Position numbers and translations under genes: made by a program
Notes under the pieces: generated by a model
Told to the model about the DNA's origin: nothing
Database searches by the model: none
What the model saw: the letters and a program-made list of their open reading frames with translations, nothing else
Source: an uncultured Rivularia sp.
GTDB lineage: Bacteria; Cyanobacteriota; Cyanobacteriia; Cyanobacteriales; Nostocaceae
DNA: 64,000 nucleotides
Reading direction: 5' to 3'
NCBI GenBank assembly: GCA_963665115.1
Contig: OY762007.1
Coordinates: 4,832,001-4,896,000, forward strand
Shown: positions 12,032 through 23,627 of the stretch, in pieces
How positions within the stretch are numbered: the stretch's first letter is position 1
How the letters are laid out: each line of letters starts with the position of its first letter

Positions 12032-12958
12032 ATGTTGAAATTCTACACTCAGTTTTCTCCGAGTTTATTAAAAAGTAAATCTTGTTTATTTTTAAGTCTT
12101 TTCTTAGGAAGTTTAATTATTACGAGTTGCGCGTCAGAGTCTTATGACAAAAGTTATAGCGAACCGCAGAGTATAGTCTCAGAGGATGCAGTTCAGGAAG
12201 TGGCCGATGTTGCTCAAATCAACGAACCACTACCGCAAAAAAAACCGCAGCTAATTAAAAAAGCGAAAATGACGGTAATTGTTAAATCTTTAGACAAAAG
12301 CGTTGATGCTGTAGAGCAGATTATTAATAAGCAAAAAGGCTATTTGCTTAGTTTAGAAGAAAGACAACTTGATGATTCCTATTCTCGTCCCAGCGCTTCA
12401 GTTGAAATGCGAGTTCCGCAAAACCTTTTAGAAACAACTCTCAATGAATTAGCTGAATTAGGAACCGTACAAAATCGTAATATCAGTGCTGAAGATGTTG
12501 GCGAACAAATAGTTGATTTTCAAGCAAGATTGAGCAATTTACGCAGAACCGAAACTAATTTACAGAAAATTATGGATAAATCGGGTTCTGTCAAAGATAT
12601 TTTAAGCGTTGCTCAAGAACTGAGTAAAGTGCGAGAACAAATTGAACGAATTACCGCTCAATTAAAAAACCTGCAAAATCAAGTTGCTTATTCCATGATT
12701 ACGTTAAATTTAGAAGCAGCAGTTTCAAGTACTAGCAATCAACCAGGATTACCGTCACAAGTTCAAGATGCATGGAATAATTCTACTAGTTCCTTCGGTG
12801 CATTTACCGTTGGATTGATGAAATTAGGTATTTGGTTGATCGTTTACAGCCCCTATTTATTAATTTTGGTTGTTGCTGGGTATTTTCTTAAGCGTAGATT
12901 TCTTTCTTCGCAACCTTTAGCGCAAACCCCGCGTTCGAGAAATTCTGAAAATAATTAA
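12032..12958 (+). CDS. DUF4349-domain lipoprotein
   Basis: Lipobox ITSC, LIKKA…RVP…EDV…D..ARL coiled-coil core, C-terminal TM segment. Confidence 0.85.
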   Translation: MLKFYTQFSPSLLKSKSCLFLSLFLGSLIITSCASESYDKSYSEPQSIVSEDAVQEVADVAQINEPLPQKKPQLIKKAKMTVIVKSLDKSVDAVEQIINKQKGYLLSLEERQLDDSYSRPSASVEMRVPQNLLETTLNELAELGTVQNRNISAEDVGEQIVDFQARLSNLRRTETNLQKIMDKSGSVKDILSVAQELSKVREQIERITAQLKNLQNQVAYSMITLNLEAAVSSTSNQPGLPSQVQDAWNNSTSSFGAFTVGLMKLGIWLIVYSPYLLILVVAGYFLKRRFLSSQPLAQTPRSRNSENN

Positions 12959-13402
12959 TTGGGTATTGGGAATTGGGAATTGGGAATTATTCAAATGATA
13001 AATTTATTTTCTTGACGAATAATCTCGTTGGCTTAATTGATAATGAAGATTAACAAACCCGGCATCTTTGAGATATCGAGTTTTTAAGAGGATGCATTTT
13101 TTCAATATTTAAAGTTTTGAACATTAGATATCCATAAAATTACTTATTTTCCGGACAATCTTTCACAAATATCGAAATGTTCGGTAATTTGCTTTATCAA
13201 AAGAATAATATTTTAAGATAAACGAATCGTAAATCAATGTCCTATCTCCAATTCCCCATGCCCCACGCCCTATTCCCATACCCATCTTCACTCATAAAAC
13301 TTTACGAAACAATAAAATAACTTACCTTTGTACTTTTTATCACGAAATAATGACCGTTAAGAATGCCAAGATATGTGTTAGCACAAGCGTATCCGAACTC
13401 TT

Positions 13403-14935
13403 ATGCCAGAATTACGCCAATCAATCGCCCAGCATTATCACGAACGCACTAAGTACGATCCAGAAACTTTATCGGCCAAAAATAAAGGCTTGGATTGGGC
13501 TAAACAACCCGTACCTTTTAAAGAGTACAAAATTGGTTCTACTTTCGATTTAAAGCCTTATGTTGAAGAAAAACCGGGTTCATTCACTAACAACTTGGAA
13601 GCGCAATGGTGGCAAAGACTTTCCAGACTGCTGTTTTGCAGTTATGGTTTGACTGCCAGAATGCCTTCTATGGGAAGCACGGTTTACCTGCGTGCTGCTC
13701 CTTCTGCGGGAGGTTTGTATCCGGCGGAGATGTATTTAATTTCTAAAGGTACGCCGCTTTTACCGCCTGGTTTGTATAACTATCAATGTCGAACTCATTC
13801 CCTAATGAATTATTGGGAAAGTGATGTTTGGCAAAAATTGCAGTCAGCTTGTCTGGGGAATTCTTCTTTAGAAAACGCTGAGCTAGCAATCGTCATCACT
13901 TCTGTTTTCTATCGTTCTGCTTGGCGTTATGAAGATAGGGCTTACCGTCGAATTTGCCTTGATACGGGACATCTAATCGGTAACATCGAATTAGCTGGCG
14001 CTCTAACTAGCTATCGTCCCCATTTAATCGGCGGTTTTGTTGATGAAGATGTCAACGAACTGCTTTATATAGACTCCAAACAAGAGCAGGCGATCGCAGT
14101 TATTGGTTTGACAGATTTGCAAGATACTAAGCAAAAAACTGATGTAGTTCGTACTGCTTTACCTTCTGCCACCGAAACTGATTTTCCTCAAATTCCCGAT
14201 GGAGAATTGCTCGATTATTTCCACCGTGCAACACAGATTGAACCGGGCACAACTGGTAAATTAAATTTACCGGAAGTAAAGCAGGATAAGTCGATTGAGG
14301 ACAAATACAACTTTAGTTTTTGCGATAAAATTTCCACCGAGACTAAACCCGTTTACTGGGGTAAAAAACTAGAAGGGTTAGAAGAAACGATTCTTAAACG
14401 TCGTTCTACTCGTGCTTTTAGCGGTGAAACTTTGCAATTTGATGACTTAAAAGCTTTACTCGATTTCACTTATCAACCCCAAAATTACATTGACCAAAAT
14501 TTAGATAACTCCCCAGACTATTTCGATTTAAATCTAATCGAAACCTTTATTGCTGTTTCTGGAGTAGAGGGTTTGGAAAGGGGTTGTTACTATTACGCTC
14601 CTTCTTCACAGGAATTGCGTCAAATACGCTTCAAAAATTTCCGAAGAGAGTTGCATTTCCTCTGTTTGGGGCAAGATTTGGGACGAGACGCATCTGCTGT
14701 CATTTTCCATACTGCCGATCTCAAAAGCGCTGTGGCTCAATACGGCGACAGAGTTTACCGCTATCTGCACATGGATGCCGGACATTTAGGGCAAAGACTT
14801 AACTTAGGTGCAATTCATTTAGGTTTAGGCGTTAGCGGTATTGGTGGCTTCTTTGATGACAAAGTAAATGAAGTCCTCGGTATTCCTGATAAAGAAGCAG
14901 TTCTGTACATCACGACTTTAGGAAGACCAAGATAA
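13403..14935 (+). CDS. SagB/ThcOx-family nitroreductase-like dehydrogenase with two domains
   Basis: RAAPSAGGLYP, WRYEDRAYRRICLDTGH, RRSTR and QYGDRVYRYLHMDAGH. Confidence 0.9.
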   Translation: MPELRQSIAQHYHERTKYDPETLSAKNKGLDWAKQPVPFKEYKIGSTFDLKPYVEEKPGSFTNNLEAQWWQRLSRLLFCSYGLTARMPSMGSTVYLRAAPSAGGLYPAEMYLISKGTPLLPPGLYNYQCRTHSLMNYWESDVWQKLQSACLGNSSLENAELAIVITSVFYRSAWRYEDRAYRRICLDTGHLIGNIELAGALTSYRPHLIGGFVDEDVNELLYIDSKQEQAIAVIGLTDLQDTKQKTDVVRTALPSATETDFPQIPDGELLDYFHRATQIEPGTTGKLNLPEVKQDKSIEDKYNFSFCDKISTETKPVYWGKKLEGLEETILKRRSTRAFSGETLQFDDLKALLDFTYQPQNYIDQNLDNSPDYFDLNLIETFIAVSGVEGLERGCYYYAPSSQELRQIRFKNFRRELHFLCLGQDLGRDASAVIFHTADLKSAVAQYGDRVYRYLHMDAGHLGQRLNLGAIHLGLGVSGIGGFFDDKVNEVLGIPDKEAVLYITTLGRPR

Positions 14936-15782
14936 GTAAGCGCACGCTTTGTAGGAGGAATATGCCGATTTGAAGGTAAACTCAAGCTTTAAATATTCTT
15001 CAAATATGCTTAATAATTAGCAACATCTATCAATGCTGATTATTAGATAGTTAAGTAATATTAAGATGAAAGTTTATCAAGAATCGGTATTGCCCGTACC
15101 TAAATATCATAAACAAGTGTAAATTTAGGGTTTAAGATTATTAATCCGTTAAAATACTTATATATAAGATAATTCGAGAACTTATAAGGCTTAATGTCAA
15201 AAGAGGCGGCATAAGGCAGTATAACTTTCAAATACCACAGATATCAAATAAAAACGAATGACTAAATATTTAATATTGAAATTTATCCGAAAATTTATTT
15301 ACACAAAAATACCTGAAACGGCGTTTTACTATGTGAATACTTATAAATTCATTAAGAAAAGTTTTTAAAAATAACACAGTATGAATATTATTGGTAGTCA
15401 ATGGGTGACTCTAGAGTCTTTTTCAAGTGAATTTATTACCGTATATTCACATAGATTCTTTCAATTAGTTTTATTAATATGCTCAAAAGAGACATTTTTG
15501 AGTTATAACCTTTAAAATGAATTGTCAACCTGTAATATTACTTACCCAACTTCGGTTAATATCAACTTTGTAATCGGCAGCCAAAGCCTTCTTTGCAGCA
15601 ATTGCTAATAAGGAATTTTTCCCGAATTGTTAGTAAATATGCCGGATACTCTATGTGGTAAGCATGAAGTTCATAGAATATTACTTAAAACCATTTGCAT
15701 TTTTCGGATTAAAAATCCCGTACTTTATCTCGCTCTCGTCATAAATCAAAAAAATTACCAGTTTTGACATTCAGAGGTATCA

Positions 15783-16589
15783 ATGACTATTAATAGTTTT
15801 ACTCAAGCAAAAAGACCAAAAAGACCAGTTAAACAGCAATTAGAATACCAACGACCAGAATACCAACGACCAGAATATCAACGACCAGAATATCAACGAC
15901 CAGAATATCAACGACCTAACTTGATCGTTCCTGATGTTCCTAGCGTTCCTGATGTTCCCGACGACTACATGGGAACACCGGAAATTGGTCCAGACGGCAG
16001 CATTTTCACTTGTCCCAATCGCGGAAGAGTCGCAATCTTCATCGATGGTGCGAATTTATTTTATGCAGCATTGCAGCTTGGGATTGAAATTAACTATGCC
16101 AAACTACTCAGTTGCTTAGCGAAAGATTCAAAATTGTTGCGTGCATTCTTCTACACGGGAGTAGATCCAACTAACGAGAAACAACAGGGTTTCTTATTGT
16201 GGATGCGTCGGAATGGCTATCGCGTTATCACCAAAGATTTAGTGCAATTCCCAGATGGTTCCAAAAAAGCCAATCTTGATGTAGAGATTGCCGTAGACAT
16301 GATGAATTTAGCCCCTTACTACGACACTGCGGTTTTGGTAAGCGGTGATGGCGATTTAGCTTATGCAGTAAATGCAGTCTCCTATCAAGGTTCCAGAGTA
16401 GAAGTAGTTAGTTTGCGTTCAATGACTAGCGAAAGCTTAATTGACGTTGCCGACTGCTTTGTTGATTTAGATGCAATCAAAAAACATATTCAAAAAGAAT
16501 CAGATTCAGAGTATAGCTATAGACCGTTATCAAATTTTGACATACACCCACCAATTCACGTAGAGCAACCACATTACCCAAAATCTTAA
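15783..16589 (+). CDS. NYN domain (LabA/DUF88) PIN-like protein with a repetitive N-terminal extension
   Basis: FIDGANL, KANLDVEIAVD and LVSGDGD motifs. Confidence 0.9.
   Translation: MTINSFTQAKRPKRPVKQQLEYQRPEYQRPEYQRPEYQRPEYQRPNLIVPDVPSVPDVPDDYMGTPEIGPDGSIFTCPNRGRVAIFIDGANLFYAALQLGIEINYAKLLSCLAKDSKLLRAFFYTGVDPTNEKQQGFLLWMRRNGYRVITKDLVQFPDGSKKANLDVEIAVDMMNLAPYYDTAVLVSGDGDLAYAVNAVSYQGSRVEVVSLRSMTSESLIDVADCFVDLDAIKKHIQKESDSEYSYRPLSNFDIHPPIHVEQPHYPKS
15843..15917 (+). repeat. In-frame 15-bp tandem repeat x5 encoding EYQRP
   Basis: GAATA(C/T)CAACGACC(A/T), five copies. Confidence 0.95.
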
Positions 16590-16880
16590 TTAGTAATTCG
16601 TGATTCGTAGTTATGAATAAAGCAATTTTAGATTTTAGATTTTAGATTGATTCAGAACGGGGATACTTGTAAAACCATTACCGTCTTCTTTTCCCTCTCC
16701 TTAATAAGGAGAGGTAAAGCAAGATTCTGTATTGGAATTTAAAACGGTTTTGAAACTGTGTTCGTGGAATATCCGCGTAAATGACAATTTAAAATCTTTG
16801 AAGCTTTTAGTTAATTCAAAATCCAAAATCTAAAATCCAAAATTAGACATTAGTCACAATTGCGAATCACGATTTGTAAA

Positions 16881-18459
16881 TTATGAAGCTGGTAAATCAA
16901 CGCTGTAAAGCGTTTTTCCTTCTAAGTTATGCAGCGCAACGCTCATAACTTTGGTTTGAGAATTGATTTTCACCGTACCAAAAAACTGCAAACCATCTTT
17001 TGGCGATCTATTTGGTTTCATTGTCGAGTCTACGCTTTGAAACTTTACTTGCGGGCCAAAAGTATTATCAAGCTGATTTGGGCCAAAAGTGCCGGAATTC
17101 AAAGGACCGGCAACAAACTCCCAAAATGGTGTAAATTCCTGAAACTGTGCTTTGTTGGGGTCGTAATAATGGGCTGCTGCATAATGCACGTCAGCAGTTA
17201 ACCAAACCACATTGCGGATATTCTTCTGTTTGATAAAACGCAATAAATCGGCAATCTCTAATTCACGTCCCAATGCCACACCATCACCATTAGATGCATT
17301 TTCAAACTTGGTTTTACCATCTTTGACTAACAACCCGATAGGCATATCCGAGGCAATTACCTTCCAAGTTGCTTTGGAGTAAAGTAATTGATTTTTCAAC
17401 CAGCGCACCTGAGAGTTACCTAAAAACGCCGTTGCCGCACTCGCTTGTTGCTGTCGGTTAGCCGTATTAGGTCCTCGGTAGCTGCGTTCATCCAACATAA
17501 AAACTTCTAAATTAGACCCATATTTATAAGAACGATAAATTTGTTCTGGATCAATATCGTCAAAGCGAATGGGTGTATACTCCATAAAAGCTTGCTTGGC
17601 TCTGGCTGCTAACAGAGAAACACTTTTAATTTTGTAGCGATCGTCATCCAGAATCTCGCCAGGATACCAATTATTAGTAGTTTCGTGGTCATCCCACTGC
17701 ACCAACTGCGGAACTTCAGCATTAAACCGCTTCACATTTTCATCCAGCAAATTATAAACATAATTGCCGCGAAACTCCTGTAAAGTTTCCGCAACCTTGG
17801 ACTTTTCCGGGGTAACAATATTTTTCCAAATACTGCCATCATCCAATTTAACTTCAGATTCAATTGGCCCGTCGGCGTAGATATAATCACCAGAATGAAT
17901 AAAAAAATCCGGTTTTAGCTGCCGAATTGTCTCGTAGATTTTCATCCCGCCAAAGTCTGGATTAATACCCCAACCTTGTCCCGCAGTATCTCCAGACCAA
18001 GCAAAGAATATATCACCGTTTTCAGCAGGAGTGCGTAATTTTCCTGTATAAGGAGCGCTGTAAGTATTGATATCGGCTAAATCCTGAAAAATCACGCGGT
18101 AAAAAACTTGCTCTCCACTTGGCAAATTATTCAAATTGACTCGCGCAGTAAAATCGCTAACTTCCAAAGCCGCAGGGACCAATAACTCTTTTTGCATCCT
18201 TGAAAGATTCGTTAGTTGCATAATCAACAATCGCTCGCGCCGGTTTATCGCTACGACTCCAAATAACCGCACTATTGCCGTTAACATCACCGCTAGCAAC
18301 ACCGTAAGGAATTTTCGGACGCATTTTATCCGATGTAATAATACCCGGTGCTTGAGCAAAACTTTTATTTTGTAAAAACCTTGTGGCAATCATTCCAGAA
18401 GTTGCGATCGCGCTACCTATTAAAAAGCGACGGCGAGATTGTGAGAAGTTAGGTTTCAT
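16881..18459 (-). CDS. phoD: Alkaline phosphatase D family protein, Tat-exported, split by a +1 frameshift near 18175
   Basis: SRRRFL Tat signal and GVASGD in the N-terminal frame; GDYIYAD, WDDHE and TADVH in the C-terminal frame. Removing one base restores …RVIGPAALEVSDFT. Confidence 0.88.
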
Positions 18460-18607
18460 CTTTTTTAATTGTGTTTGAAGGTGAAATATTTTTTTTGCCT
18501 ACATTCTCGCTTAGGAAATAACTTTCCGCAATTTTACCCAAATTTATTTAGATAATTGTTGAGATACTTAAAATATCTGGCGGTTGAAACCGCTGCTACA
18601 CCAGTTT

Positions 18608-18799
18608 GTAGGTTGGGTTAGGCACATGAAAAATAATCATATTTAACGAAGAATTAATCTTGCGCCGTAATCCAACAGTCTTATTAAGAGTATTTTCAAA
18701 TATCTCGGTTGATCCAAAATATTGATGTTGGGTTACGACACGATAATTACAAATTTGGGTTACAGACTAAATTTCCGAATCGTGTCTAACCCAACCTAC
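18608..18799. repeat. GTAGGTTGGGTTAG REP-doublet element, copy 2
   Basis: GTAGGTTGGGTTAGGCAC…GTGTCTAACCCAACCTAC termini. Confidence 0.88.
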
Positions 18800-18840
18800 G
18801 AATAAATAAAAATTAAAAAAGTTTTTCAAATATAAATATA

Positions 18841-20298
18841 ATGACAAACCAAAGATTACAAGAAAGATACGAAATCCAGCGGCAACTAGGAAAAAATTCT
18901 GGAAGAAAAACTCTACTAGCAAAGGATTTAGAAACTCAAGAATTAGTAGTGGTTAAATTACTAAATTTCGATATTGAATTTGACTGGCAAGATTTGAAAT
19001 TATTTGAAAGAGAAGCGCAGATTCTACAAGAACTTTCACATCCTGCGATTCCGAATTATCTCGATTCATTCAAAATTGATTTACCCAATTCTAAAGGCTT
19101 TGGTTTAGTACAAACTTATATCCCGGCGAAATCTTTGGAAGAACATTTGCAACAAGGGCGTACTTTTAGCGAAACAGAAGTGAAGCAAATCGCTAAAGCT
19201 TTATTAGAAGTATTAACTTATCTGCATTCTCGACAACCTGCTGTTATTCACCGCGACATCAAACCCAGCAATATTTTATTAGGCGATCGCTCTGGCAATC
19301 ATGCTGGTGAAGTTTATTTAGTCGATTTTGGTGCTGTGAAAACCGCAGCGCAGCAACAAGGTGGAACTATGACTGTAGTTGGAACTTACGGCTATATGGC
19401 TCAAGAGCAGTTTGGTGGGCGTGCTGTACCTGCTTCTGATTTATATAGTTTGGGAGCAACTTTGATTTATTTAGTTACTGGTAGCCATCCAGCCGATTTG
19501 TTAGGGGATGAGATGGTTATTGAATTTGAGGATTCGGTTAATTTGAGTAATGAGTTTATTAATTGGCTGAAATGGATGACTCAAACTACTCTGAAAAAAC
19601 GTCCGTCTTCAGCAGAAGTTGCTTTGGAAGAGTTAGAAAATCCGACATTTGTAGAGTCGAAGTTAGTAGTTAATAAGCCGAAGGGTAGTAAGGTTCAATT
19701 GAGGAGGGAGAAAGATCAGTTGGAGATATTAATTCCTCCAGTTGGTATAACATTATCAATTGTAATTAGTTACTTTATTTTATTTTGTCCAACTTTATTC
19801 ATAATGTGGGTGGTATGTGGCTTATCTTATGGAGCAATTACATCCACTACATCCACAGCAGCACTTAGTTATATTGCGTGCCTTATATTATCTTTTCCAT
19901 TTTTAAGTGTAATGTTAGACATATGGCGAAAAATTAACTTTACCATGTTTGGATATACTTGTCTTTCAATTAATCAAAATAAAATTCAATGGAGATACGA
20001 AATTTTTGGTTTAAAGTGTTTCAAATCTCGTCCCATATCAAGAAGTAATATTTATAAGTTAGAAATAGTTGATAGAACAATAGATGAGAATTATGAACAA
20101 CAGCCAAAGCATTTAGTAAAATTAATTATCTCGACTGCTGTAGACAGTTACGAATTAACAAATTTTTTATCCAAGAAAATAAAATTTTGGCAATTTAAAA
20201 TTCAACCGCCTATTTTCACTTTACCTGAAATAGATTGGTTAGCTCAAGAATTAAGCGGTTTCTTGGATTTACCAATCAATAGAGATTCAGTTAGTTAG
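18841..20298 (+). CDS. Hanks-type Ser/Thr protein kinase with a C-terminal membrane region
   Basis: HRDIKPSN, DFG, GTYGYMAQE and SDLYSLG motifs; two TM segments. Confidence 0.93.
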   Translation: MTNQRLQERYEIQRQLGKNSGRKTLLAKDLETQELVVVKLLNFDIEFDWQDLKLFEREAQILQELSHPAIPNYLDSFKIDLPNSKGFGLVQTYIPAKSLEEHLQQGRTFSETEVKQIAKALLEVLTYLHSRQPAVIHRDIKPSNILLGDRSGNHAGEVYLVDFGAVKTAAQQQGGTMTVVGTYGYMAQEQFGGRAVPASDLYSLGATLIYLVTGSHPADLLGDEMVIEFEDSVNLSNEFINWLKWMTQTTLKKRPSSAEVALEELENPTFVESKLVVNKPKGSKVQLRREKDQLEILIPPVGITLSIVISYFILFCPTLFIMWVVCGLSYGAITSTTSTAALSYIACLILSFPFLSVMLDIWRKINFTMFGYTCLSINQNKIQWRYEIFGLKCFKSRPISRSNIYKLEIVDRTIDENYEQQPKHLVKLIISTAVDSYELTNFLSKKIKFWQFKIQPPIFTLPEIDWLAQELSGFLDLPINRDSVS

Positions 20299-20587
20299 TA
20301 GGTTGGGTTAGGTGTTTGAATAATCATGATGTTTAACAAAAAACTGATATCAGCACCGTAACCCAACATTCAATTATGGTGATTACTAATAGCTGGTAGG
20401 TTAGCTTCACGGTGCATGAAAAATCTTGATATTTAACGGGAAATTGATATTAGCACCGTAACCCAACATTCAATTATGGGTATTACGAAATAACTTTATT
20501 TATTCACAATGCTGCTGTTGGGTTACGACACGGTATTTAAACTTGGGTTACAAATTGAATTCTTCAATGGTGTCTAACCCAACCTAC
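20298..20587. repeat. GTAGGTTGGGTTAG REP-doublet element, copy 3, with an internal ~100-bp duplication
   Basis: Same termini; AGCACCGTAACCCAACATTCAATTATGG occurs twice (about 20352 and 20452). Confidence 0.88.
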
Positions 20588-21017
20588 GAATTCAATCATT
20601 TGTCACACAGCAAAGGCTTACGATACGGTAATTCAAATTCGGATTGCAAATCAAATTTCTCAATCGTATTTAATCCAAACTAAAAATTAAGGCTTTATTA
20701 AAAGAAACAACTGTAATTGACTTTTCAAGTTATTTTGATAGAATTCATGTATAAATAAAGACTAGTGCGTCTGATTGTAAATAGAAAAAGTTACTTTTTT
20801 GTTTGTGAGATATTAAGTAATTGATGTCTCAGGTTTTGTAGCTTATATAGTTGCTCTTTGACGAGAAAATTTTCATAAATTATCAATATTATTCAATCAG
20901 GTTACAAGTAAGTTTTGTATTTCATTAATATAAATATTATTTTTGTCATTAATACTATTGATAAAACAAATATAGATTTTTTATTTCTTAAATCAGGTTA
21001 AATTTTGGGATTAAATC

Positions 21018-22650
21018 ATGAATCAGATGCTGGAAAATCGCTATAAAATTATCAAAGAATTAGGCGATGGTGGATTTGGTAAAACTTACGTAGCTCAAGA
21101 TACCCATATGCCTTCTAATCGGTATTCTGTGATTAAACAGCTTAAACCGATGAATCAAGGTTCTGAGATTTATCAAATTGTCCAAGATAGGTTTTTGCGG
21201 GAAGCTGCTATTTTGGAGCAATTAGGAGGTGGTAGCAATCAAATTCCTTCACTGTATGCCTATTTTGAATCTAACGGACAATTTTATCTGGTTCAGGAAT
21301 ATATTGAAGGCAAAACTCTTGCTGAAAAATTACGTACTCAAGGAAAGTTTAGTTCGGATGCCGTCAAAGATATTGTGGTAAAAATTTTACCTGTTTTAGA
21401 TTATGTTCATAATCAAGGCATAGTACACAGAGATATTAAACCAGATAATATTATTATTCGCGATGCCGATAATTTACCCGTATTAATTGATTTTGGTGCG
21501 GTGAAGGAAACTATGCAGACTATAGTCGCTCAATCTGGTAGTATTCCTAATTCTATGATGACGGGAAAATCCTCTATTATCATTGGTACTCCTGGGTTTA
21601 TGTCTTCTGAACAAATGTCGGGAAGACCAGTTTTTAGTAGCGATTTATATGCTTTGGGTATGACTGCGATCTATTTACTGACTGGTAAAATGCCTCAAGA
21701 GTTAGATAGCGATCCTCGTACAGGAGAAGTTATCTGGAAAGAAGATGACAGTAATGTTAGTCCACAATTAGCTGCTGTATTAGATAGAGCAATTCAAAGT
21801 CATTTGCGCGATCGCTTTTCTAGTGTGAATGAAATGCTGGAAGCGTTACAGAGTGAAACGATTGCTACGACTGTAATTGCACCTCGCTTACCTGATGTTT
21901 CTCCAACAAATGAACCAAGCACGGTTGTTTCTCATCAGGAAAACAATACAGTTTCTTCTAATGTGGAAAAAGCCAAGGGTAAAAAAACACCAGTGATACT
22001 TGGTTTGGTAGGTATTTTGCTTTTAGGAGGAGTTGGAAACCTTTGCTTTCTCAATGATGGATCGGCAACAGGCGTTTCAGCAGAGATTAGCTGGTATAGA
22101 AGCAGAGCGTCAAAAAGCAGAAGAATCGCGAAAAGAACAAAACGAGAATAATACTAAAAAAGAACAAGAGCTACAGCGTCAATTAGAAGAAGAAAAAAGA
22201 CTCAGACAGGAAGCAGAAAATAGAAGAAAGCAGAATACAGTTGTCTCTCAGCCTGTATCAAATTCCAATTCCAATTCAAGCTCAAGTTCTAATTCCAATT
22301 CCAATTCCAATTCAAGCTCAAGTTCTAATTCCAATTCCAATTCCAATTCAAGCTCAAGTTCTAATTCAAATTCTTTCCCTGAAGGTAAATTTACAAATAG
22401 TGAATGGTCTTTAAATTTATTTACAATAAATAATAATATTTATTATCAAGCTCAATCGCTTAAAGATTCATCATCTTTAAACTTAGAAAATGGACGAACT
22501 TCTGGTAGTAACGAACGTAAAATTTATACTTGGAACAATGGAGCATATAGATATCAGGTAGTTTGGCAACCAAACGACCCCGATTTCGTTAGATTACGAG
22601 TATTTACTCCTTCAGGTGAAGTGTTAAATCAACTTCTTTCTAGAAGTTAA
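21018..22650 (+). CDS. Ser/Thr protein kinase with TM segment, coiled coil, Ser/Asn linker and extracytoplasmic domain; +1 frameshift near 22037
   Basis: GDGGFG, HRDIKPDN, DFG. Removing one A in GGAAACC joins LLGGVG to TFAFSMMDRQQ of the 22033..22650 ORF. Confidence 0.85.
22261..22362 (+). repeat. In-frame ~36-bp tandem repeat x3 encoding a Ser/Asn linker
   Basis: (AATTCC)2-3 AATTCAAGCTCAAGTTCT units. Confidence 0.9.
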
Positions 22651-22695
22651 CATTTGCCTCTTACTATTAAATAGGACTTATGCAAAGCAAAGTTT

Positions 22696-22887
22696 GTAGG
22701 TTGGGTTAGGTGCTTGAATAATCATGATATTCAACAAAAAATTGATCTTAGCACCGTAACCCAACATTCAATTATGGTTATGACAAAATATCTTGATTTA
22801 TCTAAATTGCTGCTGTTGGGTTACGACACGATAATTATAAATTTGCATTACAAACGAAATTTCCGAATTGTGTCTAACCCAACATAC
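22696..22887. repeat. GTAGGTTGGGTTAG REP-doublet element, copy 4
   Basis: Same termini and internal inverted pair; interior closely resembles copy 3. Confidence 0.88.
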
Positions 22888-22929
22888 AAGATAATAGCGG
22901 TAAAATAATCGTTTATTATGCAGCAAAAG

Positions 22930-22955
22930 GAGACGTAGCATTGCTACGTCTCTAC
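22930..22955. repeat. GTAG-REP hairpin GAGACGTAGCANTGCTACGTCTCTAC
   Basis: Palindrome; related copies at 34162, 43447, 43702, 43808, 53797 and 53965. Confidence 0.85.
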
Positions 22956-22978
22956 ATTAGTTATTTGTTGATAATCAA

Positions 22979-23287
22979 TTATTCTAATGGTTCTTGATAT
23001 TCCTCAGTTTCCTGTTCTAGTAGCTTAGAAAACTTTTGTCGCAAGTCTTGTATTTTTTTGTTGCCTTTTGGTAGTGCCATCAGACGAATTTCTATTTCTG
23101 CGATGTTGTCAATTCTAGTTGTCTTTTCCCAAACTTTACTGTCAACTTCCGATTGTGATTCATAACGAAAGGTAACTGTGTCTGAATTGACATCTAAAAT
23201 ATCTACGTTCTTTAGCCAGCCGTTACTGGTTTTCACCAATAACCAAACGTTCTGCTGACCAATTAGTTCTTGAAGCTTAGTCTCCAT
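22979..23287 (-). CDS. Conserved hypothetical protein
   Basis: 102-aa ATG-initiated ORF with globular composition. Confidence 0.7.
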   Translation of the reverse strand: METKLQELIGQQNVWLLVKTSNGWLKNVDILDVNSDTVTFRYESQSEVDSKVWEKTTRIDNIAEIEIRLMALPKGNKKIQDLRQKFSKLLEQETEEYQEPLE

Positions 23288-23627
23288 ACAGTTAAAAATT
23301 ATTAGTGTGAGCTAGTCAGAATCTAATTTAAATTTCTTAAACCTATCTTAAGACATATTCCTTTAGATGTAAAATATTTGTGAACATTTTTTCAAAATTA
23401 ATATTACAGATAGATGCATAAGAGGCTGTTGCTAGGTTATTATCAAGGGCTATATATATAAATTACACAAAATAAGTCTTTCAGCTTGCAATACCTTACT
23501 TTTGAGAGAGTTTGGGAGGATGCAATTTACAATTTTTTGTATTATCTTGCTTGTCAAGTGAATTTCCTGTATTGATTGAAAACAGATACAGTAAATTTTT
23601 GTTAAGCGGGTTAAGCAAGGAGTAAAA

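Noticed and set aside
13403..14935. RiPP (azole-containing peptide) biosynthetic cluster
   Set aside because: No YcaO cyclodehydratase, precursor peptide, protease or transporter nearby; the SagB-like gene stands alone.
22714..22908. Small ORFs inside repeats (also 30711-30911, 44821-45039 and 53852-54049)
   Set aside because: They are composed of REP, minisatellite or STRR sequence with no independent coding evidence.
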